DNA from: Minisyncoccota bacterium
GTDB taxonomy: Bacteria > Patescibacteriota > Minisyncoccia > Phycocordibacterales > UBA5272
DNA length: 49,598 nt
Direction of reading: 5' to 3'
Assembly: GCA_035905815.1 (NCBI GenBank)
Contig: JAMIGE010000033.1
Span: forward strand, 1-49,598
The first letter of the stretch is position 1. Each line of letters starts with the position of its first letter. This document shows positions 48,418-49,598 of the stretch, in pieces. A model generated the notes under the pieces. It was not told where the DNA came from and made no database searches. It was given only the letters and a program-made list of their open reading frames with translations. Position numbers and translations under genes: made by a program.

Positions 48418-49598
48418 ATGCAACAAGAAATTAGAAATATCGCAATTATCGCCCACGTGGACCATGGCAAGACAACTTTAACAGACGCACTAATGAAGCA
48501 GTGCGGTACTGGAGAGGATGGATACACCATGGACAGTAATGCTATTGAGCGTGAGCGTGGTATTACTATATATGCCAAGAATACATCGGTAGAGTATAAA
48601 GGTGTAAAGATCAATATTGTAGACACGCCAGGTCACGCCGATTTCGGTAGTGAAGTGGAGCGCGTACTTAAAAGCATCGACAGCGTATTACTACTAGTAG
48701 ATGCGCAAGAAGGTCCGATGCCACAGACAAGATTCGTACTAAAGAAGTCACTAGAGCTAGGACTAAAGCCTATTGTTGTAATTAATAAGATAGACAAGCC
48801 AGCAGCTGACGCTAATCGTGTGCATGATGAAGTATTCGAGCTATTCCTAGAATTAGGTGCTAATGACGCACAACTAGACTTTACAACAGTATACGCAATC
48901 GGTAGACAGGGTGTTGCTATGAAGTCACTAGACGATGCTAAGGTAAATCTAGACCCACTACTTGAGATAATCCTTGAGAAGGTGCCAAAGGCTACTGGTG
49001 ATATTAGTAAGCCATTTGTGGCTCAGGTATTTAACTTGGCATATGATAACTTCCTAGGTCGCATGGCCAGCGCCCGTATATATGATGGTGTGTGTAAAGT
49101 AGGAGAAGAAATAATTGTAAAGCATGTAGGTAAAGATGATAGAAAGGGCAAGATTACTAAAATATTTAAATACAGAGGTGTAGCGCGTGTAGAGTCTGAG
49201 ACTGCCGAAGCTGGAGACATTGTGATGATTGCAGGATTCCCAGATATTTTCATCGGAGAGACTTTTGTGAAGAATACTGATCAAGAGCCAATGCCTACTA
49301 TATCAGTAGACGAGCCTACAATTTCTCTTAACTTCTTTGTTAATGATTCCCCATTTGCTGGTCGCGAAGGTAAATATGTTACTGGACGCCAGATTAGAGA
49401 CAGACTAGAGAAAGAGCTAGAGGTAAACGTAGGACTGCGCGTGGACTTTGATAATAATGACAAATACAAAGTATATGGCCGTGGAGAAATGCACATATCA
49501 GTACTACTAGAGACAATGCGTCGTGAAGGCTTCGAAATGCAAGTAAGTCAGCCAGAAGTTATTATTCGCACACTAGAGAATGGAGACAAAGAAGAGCC
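48418..49598 (+). CDS. typA: Translational GTPase TypA/BipA, 3' end off the window
   Basis: My own translation gives MQQEIRNIAIIAHVDHGKTTLTDALMKQ..., with DTPGHADFGSEVER and NKIDKP. It is open-ended, so absent from the track. Confidence 0.9.
   Translation, partial: MQQEIRNIAIIAHVDHGKTTLTDALMKQCGTGEDGYTMDSNAIERERGITIYAKNTSVEYKGVKINIVDTPGHADFGSEVERVLKSIDSVLLLVDAQEGPMPQTRFVLKKSLELGLKPIVVINKIDKPAADANRVHDEVFELFLELGANDAQLDFTTVYAIGRQGVAMKSLDDAKVNLDPLLEIILEKVPKATGDISKPFVAQVFNLAYDNFLGRMASARIYDGVCKVGEEIIVKHVGKDDRKGKITKIFKYRGVARVESETAEAGDIVMIAGFPDIFIGETFVKNTDQEPMPTISVDEPTISLNFFVNDSPFAGREGKYVTGRQIRDRLEKELEVNVGLRVDFDNNDKYKVYGRGEMHISVLLETMRREGFEMQVSQPEVIIRTLENGDKEE

Overview
This is a 49.6-kb AT-rich bacterial chromosome segment that reads correctly in the standard genetic code. 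All calls come from reading the sequence by eye; no database search or folding program was run.

**Likely source.** The 16S rRNA gene is very divergent, with mismatches in the 515F, 806R and 1392 primer regions. Several housekeeping proteins are shortened (ValRS, Pgk, UvrC). This suggests a reduced-genome lineage such as CPR/Patescibacteria, but that is my inference only.

**Backbone genes.** murB, valS, grpE-dnaK, parB, hpf, a cyclophilin, def-fmt, a DEAD-box helicase, an Elp3-like radical-SAM/GNAT enzyme, a Wzx-type flippase, tpiA-pgk, an ECF sigma/anti-sigma pair, htpX, an isolated rplE, rsmI, murA, uvrC and typA (partial). There is also one stand-alone 16S rRNA gene and four tRNAs (Ile-GAT, Thr-TGT, Leu-CAA, Val-GAC).

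**Most interesting signals.**
1. The 16S 3' tail reads GGAUUAAUUCC instead of GGAUCACCUCC, so the canonical CCUCC anti-Shine-Dalgarno is missing. The gene is also unlinked from any 23S/5S.
2. Genes fall into two architectural classes. AT-rich housekeeping genes have no SD and often carry a TGnTATAAT-like -10 box only 6-9 nt before the ATG, which looks leaderless. A dozen visibly GC-richer units of unknown function (mostly single genes, two short operons) have strong AGGAG sites; all but the 11484 unit and the 9107 and 4807 starts show one. Each also has its own GC-rich hairpin terminator and sits between the housekeeping genes.
3. A promoter- and terminator-bounded, GC-rich candidate small RNA lies at about 5453-5608. 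Its hairpin loops display CCUCC-type, anti-SD-like sequence.
4. Three coding regions are absent from the supplied ORF track. They are an open-ended secreted Cys-rich protein with a textbook EGF-like module (1-1668, minus strand), a 56-aa Lys/Ala-repeat histone-H1-like protein (47037-47207), and small membrane or antitoxin ORFs.
5. Both tRNA-Ile and tRNA-Thr are flanked by duplications. One gene cassette is bracketed by two copies of the same terminator hairpin and carries an (AT)15 tract plus a DnaA box.

I saw no CRISPR array, transposase, integrase or reverse transcriptase.
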